DNA of 63,791 nt, counting the filler, from Lama guanicoe (lineage: Eukaryota), in NCBI GenBank assembly GCA_013239625.1. It is 196 parts of 196 records of this genome, joined end to end, with 100 filler letters (N's around TTAATTAATTAA, not from the genome) between each part and the next. Parts side by side here need not be neighbours in the genome. Positions count along the whole stretch, not along the records: positions 24,775 to 25,000 come from PNXV01042347.1; positions 25,101 to 25,326 come from PNXV01042348.1; positions 25,427 to 25,652 come from PNXV01042349.1; positions 25,753 to 25,978 come from PNXV01042350.1; positions 26,079 to 26,304 come from PNXV01042351.1; positions 26,405 to 26,630 come from PNXV01042352.1; positions 26,731 to 26,956 come from PNXV01042353.1; positions 27,057 to 27,282 come from PNXV01042354.1; 188 more parts are not named here. One strand, 5' to 3'. Under the pieces are notes generated by a model that saw only the letters and a list, made by a program, of their open reading frames with translations, ran no database searches and was not told the DNA's origin. A program made the position numbers and the translations under genes. This document shows, one piece after another, positions 24,675-37,335 of the stretch; position 1 is the stretch's first letter; each line of letters starts with the position of its first letter.

Positions 24675-27600
24675 NNNNNNNNNNNNNNNNNNNNNNNNNN
24701 NNNNNNNNNNNNNNNNNNTTAATTAATTAANNNNNNNNNNNNNNNNNNNNNNNNNNNNNNNNNNNNNNNNNNNNTGCTCCCATTTTCTGAGAGCTCAGCC
24801 TCTGAACGGTGGTGGGTGAAGGCGGAGGAGCCCCAGCAAGAGCGAGCTGGCATCTCCAAGGCCTGGACCCCATGGTTGAATATATCTGACCCTGCTTTCC
24901 TCACCATCACAGGCCTGTTGGTTTTTGAGGTCGCTTTTGCCTTTGAAACTTCATTCCTAAACATCATCCCACGCTCCTTTTCTGCTAGAGCCATGTCAGG
25001 NNNNNNNNNNNNNNNNNNNNNNNNNNNNNNNNNNNNNNNNNNNNTTAATTAATTAANNNNNNNNNNNNNNNNNNNNNNNNNNNNNNNNNNNNNNNNNNNN
25101 CCAGAGGCAATGATAAGGCCACAGCAGCGACAAACCTGGGTATGTTCTGTGAAAAGATAGCGGAGGGAGTGGCAAGCACCCCCAAAGAAATTTCCAAATC
25201 CTGACTTAAATCTGTTCTGAATTCAGGAGACTTTCCAGGTATAACACGTACAATTATAAATAAAAAGTTTGACTTACTTGTTGGTAATGTCTATAAAATT
25301 ACAAGGAAATGGCGATTGAATTCTGTNNNNNNNNNNNNNNNNNNNNNNNNNNNNNNNNNNNNNNNNNNNNTTAATTAATTAANNNNNNNNNNNNNNNNNN
25401 NNNNNNNNNNNNNNNNNNNNNNNNNNTCAGGCACACCCATGCCCGCCTCTTTTATGCATGTTCTTACCCATGATGTACACAGAGAAACCTACATACAGGA
25501 GGGGGCTCAAACTGCAATGTTAGTTACATTGTAATGAGCATTGGGTCGAAGTTACACCGGGTTCTTCTCTCTGCTATGCAGCCTCCGTGTTGGATCCTAG
25601 ACAGCTTCTTTGCTGGCCCTCATTTAAAGAAAGTAACAGTTTTTGGAGCCCCNNNNNNNNNNNNNNNNNNNNNNNNNNNNNNNNNNNNNNNNNNNNTTAA
25701 TTAATTAANNNNNNNNNNNNNNNNNNNNNNNNNNNNNNNNNNNNNNNNNNNNATTCATAGAGAACAGTGCTTTGCAAATGCTCATGGGAAAGCAGGATTT
25801 GTCTTTGGGCCTTTGTGACAGAAAATCGTCTCAGTTCTCAACCCGGAGTGCAAAGTCACAGTGGGAATGACGTGTCTCTGCTTAGACCTTTTACAAGGAA
25901 GGGGATGATCCGGCTGCAATGCTGTTCTTTTCAAATTACATACTTAGGTCTTTTCATCATGATTTTGCAAAAAAAAAANNNNNNNNNNNNNNNNNNNNNN
26001 NNNNNNNNNNNNNNNNNNNNNNTTAATTAATTAANNNNNNNNNNNNNNNNNNNNNNNNNNNNNNNNNNNNNNNNNNNNTGTTGTGAGGATGAAATAAATT
26101 ACTGTATGTGGAATGCTTGGAACAGCATCCGGCACATGTGAAGAAAAATGTGTGAGCTGTGGTTACATTGGGGCTCTGTCTGCATGTGTGTGTCTGTCTG
26201 TCTGAGTGCACATCCAGTCTGTGTATCTGTCCAGGGGCACAGCCTCAGTCTTATTCCCATGTTTGCAACACTACTGTCCTCTCTGGCCAATGAGAGCAAA
26301 CGTGNNNNNNNNNNNNNNNNNNNNNNNNNNNNNNNNNNNNNNNNNNNNTTAATTAATTAANNNNNNNNNNNNNNNNNNNNNNNNNNNNNNNNNNNNNNNN
26401 NNNNCCTCCCCGATCTCACTGTCTCGCCCTGTGCTCACAGCAGGCCGTAAACTATTTGGGCCCATGCAGCTTGTCATTTCAGGATGGAATGCGTTGGGCT
26501 CTCCCCCAGACTCGGTGGGTGGAAGAGTCATAAAACAAGAACTCAGGTGTCCCTGAAGCTCCTCACTCATGCCAATGAGCATGATTTGTATTTCGGCAGG
26601 TGGGGATTTATAGCCTCCGCTTCTCTGTGANNNNNNNNNNNNNNNNNNNNNNNNNNNNNNNNNNNNNNNNNNNNTTAATTAATTAANNNNNNNNNNNNNN
26701 NNNNNNNNNNNNNNNNNNNNNNNNNNNNNNAGAAATACAAAATGAAGAGCTTCTGTGTACTCCAGAGCATCATCGTGTGGGTTACACGATTTGATCCTTA
26801 GCAGAATCCTGCAGAGCCAGAAAGGCAGATATGCTTATCTCTGTTTTACACAAAAGGAAGCTGAAAGCACCCAGGGGTTCAAAGACCCACCCAAAGTCTC
26901 CTAACTCATTAGTGAAGGAAAACACTAGAATGGAGGAGAGAGGGCATTTTCCTCATNNNNNNNNNNNNNNNNNNNNNNNNNNNNNNNNNNNNNNNNNNNN
27001 TTAATTAATTAANNNNNNNNNNNNNNNNNNNNNNNNNNNNNNNNNNNNNNNNNNNNCGCTCTCTCCATCTTCTGAGTCTGTTTGCTCTGCAAACATCCTT
27101 GAAAAGTAGATCAGAACAAAAGCAATTCTTGGGTCCCTTGTGCTTCTTCTCATCTGTGAGCATGAATTGTCTCCCAATAGGTCCTGTGCTCCTAAGAATC
27201 TAGACTTTCAACGTGTGGTACAAATAACAGACATGAAACATTATCAGAGTAATATACGGGGATTGCATAATTTTGACTACAANNNNNNNNNNNNNNNNNN
27301 NNNNNNNNNNNNNNNNNNNNNNNNNNTTAATTAATTAANNNNNNNNNNNNNNNNNNNNNNNNNNNNNNNNNNNNNNNNNNNNCCACGCCACACGGAGTGC
27401 CAGCACACTGTTGATGGGTCGGGACTCTGTTGGGTGGCAGGGGCGACAGGCAGGGCAGGGCTACAGCTGTTTGCTCATGGGCTGATGTCTAGAAAGTGAC
27501 TGTATTGAGTCCTGCTTTGTTCTCTAAGGCTTGCTGGTCCTGTCTTCAGAGTTAAGACGCGTTTCCTGGAGATCAAGTCCCCAGGACAGACAGAGGCCTC

Positions 27601-29338
27601 CACCAATTNNNNNNNNNNNNNNNNNNNNNNNNNNNNNNNNNNNNNNNNNNNNTTAATTAATTAANNNNNNNNNNNNNNNNNNNNNNNNNNNNNNNNNNNN
27701 NNNNNNNNAAGTTAGCTTGAAAAAGCTGGTAACATTGACCCCCAAGCAGTCAAGAATTAGAAACGTTAGACCAGCCAGCTGCAGAGGGGTTAGCAGAAAC
27801 ACAGGAGAAGCCAGGAGTCGGAAATCCAGAGGTGGACGTGCTTCTGGGGGATGGGACCGGCCCTGGAGGACGGAGGAGGGAACACAGGTGACAGAAGGAT
27901 CGCCAGTCCTGCAGAGAGGGAGCAGACACGTGAGNNNNNNNNNNNNNNNNNNNNNNNNNNNNNNNNNNNNNNNNNNNNTTAATTAATTAANNNNNNNNNN
28001 NNNNNNNNNNNNNNNNNNNNNNNNNNNNNNNNNNTAAACTGTACTTTAAAAAGAAAGACATGACTAAGTAAATATATAGGTATAATTTTATATCACTGAG
28101 CAATAGTGAGAAAAGCTCAAAAATTCTTATTCTGTGCAAACATATGATTTGAATCTCTGATTCTGTATATCACCATATAGACTTAGGAATTAGAAACTGA
28201 ATCCATGAGTAATTGTGTATATTATTCTAATAAAAAAGAAAATGAATAAATGACCTCATTNNNNNNNNNNNNNNNNNNNNNNNNNNNNNNNNNNNNNNNN
28301 NNNNTTAATTAATTAANNNNNNNNNNNNNNNNNNNNNNNNNNNNNNNNNNNNNNNNNNNNCATTGTTTACTGAAATGAAGCAGCTTCTACAGTGTTCTGT
28401 CAGTACTCAATGTGACAGTCTCCAAGGTTTGTTTTCATGTCAAGGATCTCAATTTAATACTAAATCCGTATCTGTCGTTAGAAATATTTTAAATTTATAG
28501 GAAGTATATTTATGAAAGTACTTGTTTTAAAATAAGTGCATTTTAAGTTTTGCTTTTTTATTGAAGTGTGGTCAATTTACCATGTTNNNNNNNNNNNNNN
28601 NNNNNNNNNNNNNNNNNNNNNNNNNNNNNNTTAATTAATTAANNNNNNNNNNNNNNNNNNNNNNNNNNNNNNNNNNNNNNNNNNNNCGTCGAGACATGCA
28701 GCAGCCCTTAGAAGTCTCCTTTTACCAATAAACATCGTTATTTTTCAAAAGCTTGTATTTAAGGTATAAAAATAGTTATTCTAATATTTTAGGACAGTGC
28801 TTTCTGATTTCAATGGTAATTATCTGAATTTATGTCTATAACTAGGTGCACAGAGGCAACTTGTTTATTTGGTCTAATTTATTTACTGTCTCATTTTGAA
28901 TTCTTAATTTATNNNNNNNNNNNNNNNNNNNNNNNNNNNNNNNNNNNNNNNNNNNNTTAATTAATTAANNNNNNNNNNNNNNNNNNNNNNNNNNNNNNNN
29001 NNNNNNNNNNNNGTGGTGGGGGTCCCCTAGCTATTAGATGCTAGCTTTTCTCAGGGCGGGGCGAGGGGTGAGCGTGCAGAGTCGAACCTGAGGCGATTGA
29101 AGATTAAAGGTCACCCCTGGGGATCTGTTCTGGGTCGGTGTGGCTGGCGGGAAACCCGGGGCAGAGCCGGGGTGGCAGGGGGAGAGGCGGTGCCCAGAGG
29201 ATGGGGAGCGGCTCAGAGGTCTGACCTGGACCAGAATCNNNNNNNNNNNNNNNNNNNNNNNNNNNNNNNNNNNNNNNNNNNNTTAATTAATTAANNNNNN
29301 NNNNNNNNNNNNNNNNNNNNNNNNNNNNNNNNNNNNNN

Positions 29339-29564
29339 TGGCCTGAGGCTTCCCAGCCCTTAAGCCTACAGGCTGTTGGATGGGGCTCAGTCTTGTTGCT
29401 AATGATCCAATCAAGATGTCAGCCTCCAGGAACGCTCACATAGATCAACACTCCCTCCACCAGCTTTTAAATCCCCTGGTGAGCCGTAACTGTCCCCTAC
29501 CTCCCCAGGAGATCTTCCAAAACTAGCAGGCAGGTCTGGCCCAGGTTCCTATGAAATCACTGCC
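29339..29564 (-). mobile_element. L1 5' region fragment (laurasiatherian type)
   Basis: tggcctgaggcttcccagc...cctacaggctgttgg...ctagcaggcaggtctggcccaggttcctatgaaatcactgc resembles recalled antisense L1 5'UTR. Confidence 0.6.
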
Positions 29565-30084
29565 NNNNNNNNNNNNNNNNNNNNNNNNNNNNNNNNNNNN
29601 NNNNNNNNTTAATTAATTAANNNNNNNNNNNNNNNNNNNNNNNNNNNNNNNNNNNNNNNNNNNNAGATTAGAATTTGTTAATATATTGCTGGTAGATCAG
29701 AAATTAAGGTGACATTTTAGAAATTATTATCTTTTGGGGTATATTTCCTGTACAGAAAGTTAAGTTCTTTCATAAAATGTCTCTTACAATTTTATCAGGG
29801 AAAATAACCTTTGGTTTATTTAGATTTTAAGTTTTATGCTCTTTCTTCCCTGTTAATGACGTTTAGGTAGCTTGGAGGTTGAATGACTCTNNNNNNNNNN
29901 NNNNNNNNNNNNNNNNNNNNNNNNNNNNNNNNNNTTAATTAATTAANNNNNNNNNNNNNNNNNNNNNNNNNNNNNNNNNNNNNNNNNNNNCTTTACGGTT
30001 TAAAATGCATTTTTCATACATTCTTCAACCGAGGATTGCCAAGTGTGTGTGTGTGTGTGTGTGCGCATATGTGTGTGTAGGGGG

Positions 30085-30175
30085 GATTATTATTCCTCAT
30101 GTATAAAGAAACTGAGGCTCAGAGAGGTCCCCAAAATATGTCAGTGGCAGAGTTAAGATTCGAGCCCAGACCTTT
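30085..30175 (-). mobile_element. MIR SINE core, next to (TG)n at 30043-30078
   Basis: attattattcctcat...gaaactgaggctcagagagg...agtggcagagttaagattcgagcccag. Confidence 0.8.
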
Positions 30176-30334
30176 TGCAACTTCAACATTTTCATGTAGA
30201 ACCCCACCCCGTCCAANNNNNNNNNNNNNNNNNNNNNNNNNNNNNNNNNNNNNNNNNNNNTTAATTAATTAANNNNNNNNNNNNNNNNNNNNNNNNNNNN
30301 NNNNNNNNNNNNNNNNATATATATATATATTTTT

Positions 30335-30542
30335 TAAATACTCTTACAAATCAATAAGAAGATAAATGACTCAACCAAAAAAATTTGGCAAAACTCTCAA
30401 ATAGACATTTCACCAAAGAAGACATATCAGTGGCTAACAAGCACATGAGAAGATAAATGTTATCATTGTCATTAGGGAAATGCAAGTAAAACTACAATGA
30501 CATACCTCTGTACACCCATTAGAATGCTCATAAAAAAAAGAA
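30335..30542 (+). mobile_element. L1 ORF2 3' fragment
   Basis: aatagacatttcaccaaagaagacata...gtcattagggaaatgcaagtaaaactacaatgacatacc. Confidence 0.88.
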
Positions 30543-30968
30543 NNNNNNNNNNNNNNNNNNNNNNNNNNNNNNNNNNNNNNNNNNNNTTAATTAATTAANN
30601 NNNNNNNNNNNNNNNNNNNNNNNNNNNNNNNNNNNNNNNNNNTAATGATAATTTAAATTCTTAAAATCTTTAGAATTAAATAAATGTATTTAATTATTTA
30701 TACATTTGAATGATATTTTTAAAAAACCACAAGTATTAATTTATAACACTGATCAGTAATATACCCCAAAGAATTTAAAAAGGAGTATGAGGGGGTGAAC
30801 GTATGTATGAATGTGAATGTGAATAAAACCTTGGCAAATTTTATGGCACTTTCAAACTGACTTCTTCTNNNNNNNNNNNNNNNNNNNNNNNNNNNNNNNN
30901 NNNNNNNNNNNNTTAATTAATTAANNNNNNNNNNNNNNNNNNNNNNNNNNNNNNNNNNNNNNNNNNNN

Positions 30969-31045
30969 AACATGATGCTGTGCACCAGAAATTGACAAAC
31001 ATTGTAAACTGACCACGTTTTAATTTAAAAAAATTCAAAAAAAAA
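30969..31045 (+). mobile_element. L1 3' terminus with A-rich tail
   Basis: aacatgatgctgtgcaccagaaattgacaaacattgtaaactgac followed by an A-rich tail. Homologous to 54438-54540 and, antisense, to 59095-59227. Confidence 0.8.
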
Positions 31046-31627
31046 CCGGCTATGATTCCGACTTTGCTGGAGTCAAATCATGGAAGGTTTCGTGCACGAG
31101 ATATCTCAGCCTACATACAATTTAAAAGCCCAAATGGAAAGACCTGGAAAGCGGGTGAGATGCAGGCAGGGGACAGGCCTGAAGGGTGGCAGCTNNNNNN
31201 NNNNNNNNNNNNNNNNNNNNNNNNNNNNNNNNNNNNNNTTAATTAATTAANNNNNNNNNNNNNNNNNNNNNNNNNNNNNNNNNNNNNNNNNNNNTGTAGT
31301 AACAGTTTGGGGGGCTGTCGCCTGGGGAGGCCTGGGGGCTCAGTGTCTCCGGGGCGAGGAGGCAGGGAGGACCTGGGCCGGGCGCCGCCTGCCCAGTGTG
31401 GACTGGGGTCGGGGTTTGTCAGGGACTGCCTGTGGACAGACCCGGCAGGATGTGACAGGGGACAATTTCTATCTACTTCCTCCCCTTCCCTCGCAGCCTT
31501 GTCCTCAAGGCAGGTGGGCANNNNNNNNNNNNNNNNNNNNNNNNNNNNNNNNNNNNNNNNNNNNTTAATTAATTAANNNNNNNNNNNNNNNNNNNNNNNN
31601 NNNNNNNNNNNNNNNNNNNNAGCCCAG

Positions 31628-31732
31628 ATTTTATTTTCTTTTACTTTATTATTTCATTTCAACCCATTCCATTCCATTCCATCTCATTTCATTTGATTTC
31701 ATTTCGTTTCGTTTCGTTTCGTTTCATTTTTT
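31628..31732. repeat. Compound pentamer repeat (ATTTT/ATTTC/ATTCC/GTTTC)n
   Basis: Read directly from the sequence. Confidence 0.9.
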
Positions 31733-32665
31733 GTAGTAGCCCAGCGAGAAAACAGAAGAGTGGCCCCTGGCACCTCAGCTCGGCGCTGGTGCCCTCTTGT
31801 GAAACACAGACGGTCACAGGACATGGACATCAGGGAAGCCCACCCANNNNNNNNNNNNNNNNNNNNNNNNNNNNNNNNNNNNNNNNNNNNTTAATTAATT
31901 AANNNNNNNNNNNNNNNNNNNNNNNNNNNNNNNNNNNNNNNNNNNNTGTGTACTATTAATATTATACAAAACAGACTGAGGTTCTAGGATTAGATAAACA
32001 TAAACACACAGGTTTTGTACCTACGTGAACGTCTGGTGGGACACTTGAAAATCTCAAAGGGTGTGAAAATACTTTTCATGGTGTTGCGCTGTCCTGAGCA
32101 CTGCTGGGTACCTAGTGACCCTATACCATCTCACAGTCATCACGTCAACTGAAATCACCCTCCCCACGAAGTNNNNNNNNNNNNNNNNNNNNNNNNNNNN
32201 NNNNNNNNNNNNNNNNTTAATTAATTAANNNNNNNNNNNNNNNNNNNNNNNNNNNNNNNNNNNNNNNNNNNNTAAACCTGTCCATCATCACTCTTTCCCA
32301 CACTTTCTTGCCGGGCCTTTCCCACGGCTGTGGTGTGGTGAGGGAGGTGTGCCACTGTGAGCTGCCTGAGCTGGCCCATGGCAAACCCATATTGGCCTCA
32401 CGTTCTTTCCATGTCAGATTTTTGGTTATAAATGTACACAATTTAACCTCCCCGTTGTTCTCCAGACAGCTGAGGAAAGGCTAAGCTGGTTCTCTGGANN
32501 NNNNNNNNNNNNNNNNNNNNNNNNNNNNNNNNNNNNNNNNNNTTAATTAATTAANNNNNNNNNNNNNNNNNNNNNNNNNNNNNNNNNNNNNNNNNNNNAT
32601 AGTTAGGTTAGGGTAATCAGGTTCTGTCCAAGTGGACAGAAGAGGAGACTGATCACCTTCTTCAG

Positions 32666-32747
32666 GCTCCCTGCCTGACGGTAATCCGGATGGGGAGATC
32701 AGGTTATGCTCCCTGCCCGACGGTAGTCCGACGGGGAGATCTGGTTA
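32666..32747. repeat. About 40-bp direct repeat, probably within an LTR U3 region
   Basis: gctccctgcctgacggtaatccggatggggagatcaggtta / gctccctgcccgacggtagtccgacggggagatctggtta. Confidence 0.8.
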
Positions 32748-34559
32748 GATTAGGTTAGATAAGGGGCGCCTCGGTGATAGGGAGGGAATGTGCAAATTAT
32801 CTCTGTGTGTTTGTGTGTGTGTGTNNNNNNNNNNNNNNNNNNNNNNNNNNNNNNNNNNNNNNNNNNNNTTAATTAATTAANNNNNNNNNNNNNNNNNNNN
32901 NNNNNNNNNNNNNNNNNNNNNNNNGCAATCACGCGTCCCGCAGGCTGCAGCTCCATCAGTGCACACTCAGTAAGGTCAGTTTCCCTCTTCAGAACATTGG
33001 TAAGTGGCAGAGTGGCCTCAGTGGAAAACCTAAATGGTTTATGTATCCTGGTGAATTAATTCATGGAAAGGGACCAGAGAAGAAACTGAGTGATGTAACA
33101 CGGCAAATACACTGCAAAGTCAACGGCAAAACTGTACCGTGAACGTGTGTNNNNNNNNNNNNNNNNNNNNNNNNNNNNNNNNNNNNNNNNNNNNTTAATT
33201 AATTAANNNNNNNNNNNNNNNNNNNNNNNNNNNNNNNNNNNNNNNNNNNNATGAACAACCTGTTTCACATGAAAAAGTGAACCCATTTGCAGACGCCGGC
33301 GGAGACTGGCTGGGCGGGTTGCTGCCTTCAGCATCCTCTCTGCAGATAGAGCCTTTTTGCTCTGGACAAAGAGGAATGTCCTCCAGATGGAGGTTCCTTC
33401 CCGCTCCTTTCAGGCAGCCATCTCTGCGGCTGACGGCTCCTTCCGTGAGAGTGGAGATTCTGTAAGAAGCAAAGTGNNNNNNNNNNNNNNNNNNNNNNNN
33501 NNNNNNNNNNNNNNNNNNNNTTAATTAATTAANNNNNNNNNNNNNNNNNNNNNNNNNNNNNNNNNNNNNNNNNNNNGTTAATACTTTACTTTTGTAACTA
33601 ATAAGCAATTTGTGAGGATATTGTTAAAAACTATGTAAACATCTCATTTTTCATTAAGTTTTTACCCACTAACTTCATTATTTAGTATTTTTACAATTTT
33701 TGCCTGAATCAGTTGTTCCCTTGATGGATGCCAAATTATATTTTTTCCTCATTCAATCATTACTTCTATGTTCATTAATTGGCATTCTACTACAAAAAAA
33801 AANNNNNNNNNNNNNNNNNNNNNNNNNNNNNNNNNNNNNNNNNNNNTTAATTAATTAANNNNNNNNNNNNNNNNNNNNNNNNNNNNNNNNNNNNNNNNNN
33901 NNAAAGAAGTGGATTAGGATAATCCAGGCGAGAGCTGGTGGCGCCCTGGACCAGAGCGGGTGGCGCCCTGGACATGGATGGCCGCCGTGCAGGCGGAGCT
34001 AGTGAGCATGGGTGGAGCTGGGGTGCGTGACGGTGCAGTCAAGGGGATTCCAACAGATTGGACTGGGGGGAGGGGGACAGGAGAGAAAGAGAGGCCCCAG
34101 TGGTGACTCTGGTGTTCGGGTTGTGCAGNNNNNNNNNNNNNNNNNNNNNNNNNNNNNNNNNNNNNNNNNNNNTTAATTAATTAANNNNNNNNNNNNNNNN
34201 NNNNNNNNNNNNNNNNNNNNNNNNNNNNCTTCCTTATTACAGAAAGTGAGAAAGATGGAGCAGCATGCTGTATTCTGCAGGGTGTTTAATTTAGAGCGAC
34301 AGTCAGGACTCCTGGACACATCCCACTGTTTATAACTGCAGACTCAGCTGTAATTCTGAGCAACAAGGCTGGAATTTACCATCATATTAACTGCTTGCTT
34401 TTAAGTTTTCTTTTAAAATGTGTTGTTGATTTCTTTAACAGTTTTTCTTCTCTGNNNNNNNNNNNNNNNNNNNNNNNNNNNNNNNNNNNNNNNNNNNNTT
34501 AATTAATTAANNNNNNNNNNNNNNNNNNNNNNNNNNNNNNNNNNNNNNNNNNNNTCACC

Positions 34560-34770
34560 CTTAAGAGTTTGCAGAGCACTTTCATACATATCTTTTAAGT
34601 GAAACTCAGAACCGTGAGGATGGATATATTTTTTCCTGTTTGACAAATTCGGGTGCCATGTATCCACTCTGTGACCTTGGGCAAATGAGTTAACATCTCT
34701 GTTCCTTGTGTCTGTCTTTGGGAAAATGGGGCTGATTACAGTGCTAACCGCATAGATGGTAAAGATGAAC
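34560..34770. mobile_element. MIR fragments in opposite orientations
   Basis: agcactttcatacatatc...gtgagg (antisense) and tgtgaccttgggcaaatgagttaacatctctg...aaaatgggg (sense). Confidence 0.7.
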
Positions 34771-34880
34771 AAACACAGAANNNNNNNNNNNNNNNNNNNN
34801 NNNNNNNNNNNNNNNNNNNNNNNNTTAATTAATTAANNNNNNNNNNNNNNNNNNNNNNNNNNNNNNNNNNNNNNNNNNNN

Positions 34881-35106
34881 CCCGCGCAGCCCCGTCCCTG
34901 GGCCGCGTCAGCCAGTCCGCGCGCACGCTTTCCGGCCCCGCCCAGACGCCCTCCTCGGCGCGCTCCCCTCCCTCCGCCTGCCGGCCCGCCCGTCAGTCAG
35001 GCAGGCAGGCAGCAGTCGGTCCGAGTGGCCGGCCCTCTGCGGCTCTCCCGCGCGGCGCCCTCCCTGCTCCCTCCGACCAGCGGCGGCGGCTGCGGCTGCG
35101 GCGGCG
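34881..35106 (+). promoter_or_regulatory. MAPK1: CpG-island promoter and 5'UTR start of MAPK1 (ERK2)
   Basis: cccctccctccgcctgccggcccgcccgtcagtcaggcaggcaggcagcagtcggtccgagtggc...gctctcccgc closely follows the human MAPK1 mRNA 5' end as I recall it. GC box ccccgccc lies upstream. Confidence 0.75.
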
Positions 35107-35532
35107 NNNNNNNNNNNNNNNNNNNNNNNNNNNNNNNNNNNNNNNNNNNNTTAATTAATTAANNNNNNNNNNNNNNNNNNNNNNNNNNNNNNNNNNNNNN
35201 NNNNNNTACTGTTGCAGTAGTCCAGCGGGAGAGAAGTTTGACCAGTTCATTTTGGCTCAAAAACCATTTTTTAAATGTTTTGTAGAAGGTAGCGCGCCCT
35301 TCAGAAATTCAGATCTGCCGCAAAACCTCACACCACTGAACTGTTTTCGAGCCCCTCTTCACATCATGTGTGTGCAAACATACGGGGACACACACACACA
35401 GCCTGACTCGACCCTTGACTGCTTCTAAACATNNNNNNNNNNNNNNNNNNNNNNNNNNNNNNNNNNNNNNNNNNNNTTAATTAATTAANNNNNNNNNNNN
35501 NNNNNNNNNNNNNNNNNNNNNNNNNNNNNNNN

Positions 35533-35758
35533 ATTATAGGTTACTACAAGGTATTGAATATAGTTCCCTGTGCTATACAGTGGAAACTTGTTCATCTATT
35601 TTATATATAGTAGTTCGTATCTGCAAATCTTGAACTCCCGTTTTATCCCTTCCCACCCCCTTTCCCTTCCGGTAAACAAACTTTTCCATAAGTTTTCTAT
35701 GTTTTCTATGTCAGTCTGTTTCTGTTTTGTAAATAAATTCATCTGTGTCTTTTTTTTT
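35533..35758 (-). mobile_element. L1 3'UTR fragment
   Basis: ggttactacaaggtattgaatatagttccctgtgctatacag...tgtttctgttttgtaaataaattcat. Antisense homologue of 6243-6335. Confidence 0.88.
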
Positions 35759-36510
35759 NNNNNNNNNNNNNNNNNNNNNNNNNNNNNNNNNNNNNNNNNN
35801 NNTTAATTAATTAANNNNNNNNNNNNNNNNNNNNNNNNNNNNNNNNNNNNNNNNNNNNGTGGCTGCCTGATTTTCCCTCATGATTAAAGTTGAAGGAATT
35901 CTAGGGGAAAAAAAAAAAGATCCTTTCCTGAATTTGAATGTAAGGCCCCTGACTTAGAACTGGAACACTTTTCCTCCCCTGGTGTCGTCCCCAGGTGGGG
36001 GCACCAGGGTCTGCCCAGAAATGGAGGAAAAAGAGCCAAAGGGGGTCCCTCCCTCAGAGGGAAGACAAAGATGTGTCAGAGAGANNNNNNNNNNNNNNNN
36101 NNNNNNNNNNNNNNNNNNNNNNNNNNNNTTAATTAATTAANNNNNNNNNNNNNNNNNNNNNNNNNNNNNNNNNNNNNNNNNNNNAGGGCAGACACTTGCC
36201 CATTTCTCTCATCCAGGTGAAAGGCCGAGCCCCTGTTCTGGACGAAGTCACCTGTCTTTGGTCGAATTGCAGATAAACTGTCCCAGATAGAGGTCAGGCT
36301 TGGTATTAAGCTCTCTGGGGGACAGGACCACCAGCACGATCAGTGTCCAGGGCCCCGGGCCGGGGGCGTAGGGCTGGCCGCATCCCTGAGCGCACCTGAG
36401 CGCACCTGAGNNNNNNNNNNNNNNNNNNNNNNNNNNNNNNNNNNNNNNNNNNNNTTAATTAATTAANNNNNNNNNNNNNNNNNNNNNNNNNNNNNNNNNN
36501 NNNNNNNNNN

Positions 36511-36736
36511 AATTTCTTCAAGGTACGCATGTATTTGCAAGTCATGTATCTGATAAGGCACTAGTATCTAAACTACATACAGAACTCATACAACCCATTA
36601 GCAAAAAAATATCAACAATCTGATTAAAAACGGGCAGAAGATCTGAAAAGGCGTTTTTGCAAAGAAGACATACAGCTGCCCAACAGGTATATGAAAAGGT
36701 GCTCAACATCATTAATCATCAGGCAAATGCAAATCC
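36511..36736 (+). mobile_element. L1 ORF2 3' fragment
   Basis: gtatctgataaggcactagtatct...tgaaaaggtgctcaacatcattaatcatcaggcaaatgcaaatc. Confidence 0.88.
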
Positions 36737-37186
36737 NNNNNNNNNNNNNNNNNNNNNNNNNNNNNNNNNNNNNNNNNNNNTTAATTAATTAANNNNNNNN
36801 NNNNNNNNNNNNNNNNNNNNNNNNNNNNNNNNNNNNGGGGATCTAAGGAAGCTTCCAGACAAAGACTAAGCTTATGGTAAGAAGGAGTCAGGCTTAACGA
36901 GCTTGATCATTTGTATCAGTCAGGGATCAATCAGAAAAAAAAAAAAGACCCACTATTAATTCTAAGAGATTAGACCTTAAACAGTCTTGGAAGCTTATTA
37001 AGTGCTCTGGGTAAGGCTGATGCCTTTGTGTCTAGTCCTGGGCAGACAACGGGGAAGGAAAGNNNNNNNNNNNNNNNNNNNNNNNNNNNNNNNNNNNNNN
37101 NNNNNNTTAATTAATTAANNNNNNNNNNNNNNNNNNNNNNNNNNNNNNNNNNNNNNNNNNNNATTACTTCACCCTGAGAGGAAGTA

Positions 37187-37335
37187 TATTATATATATTT
37201 TATATATATATATATGTATTTTATATACATATATATATATATTTTATATATATATGTATTTTATATACATATATATACACACACACACACACACACATAC
37301 ACACACTGTATATATATAGTATAATATAGTATATT
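37187..37335. repeat. (TA)n/(CA)n compound microsatellite
   Basis: Read directly from the sequence. Confidence 0.95.

Noticed and set aside
26565..26615. CCAAT / octamer-like / TATA-like promoter (histone or immunoglobulin type)
   Set aside because: The octamer is mismatched (ATTTGTAT), the TATA is reversed, and no downstream gene is visible.
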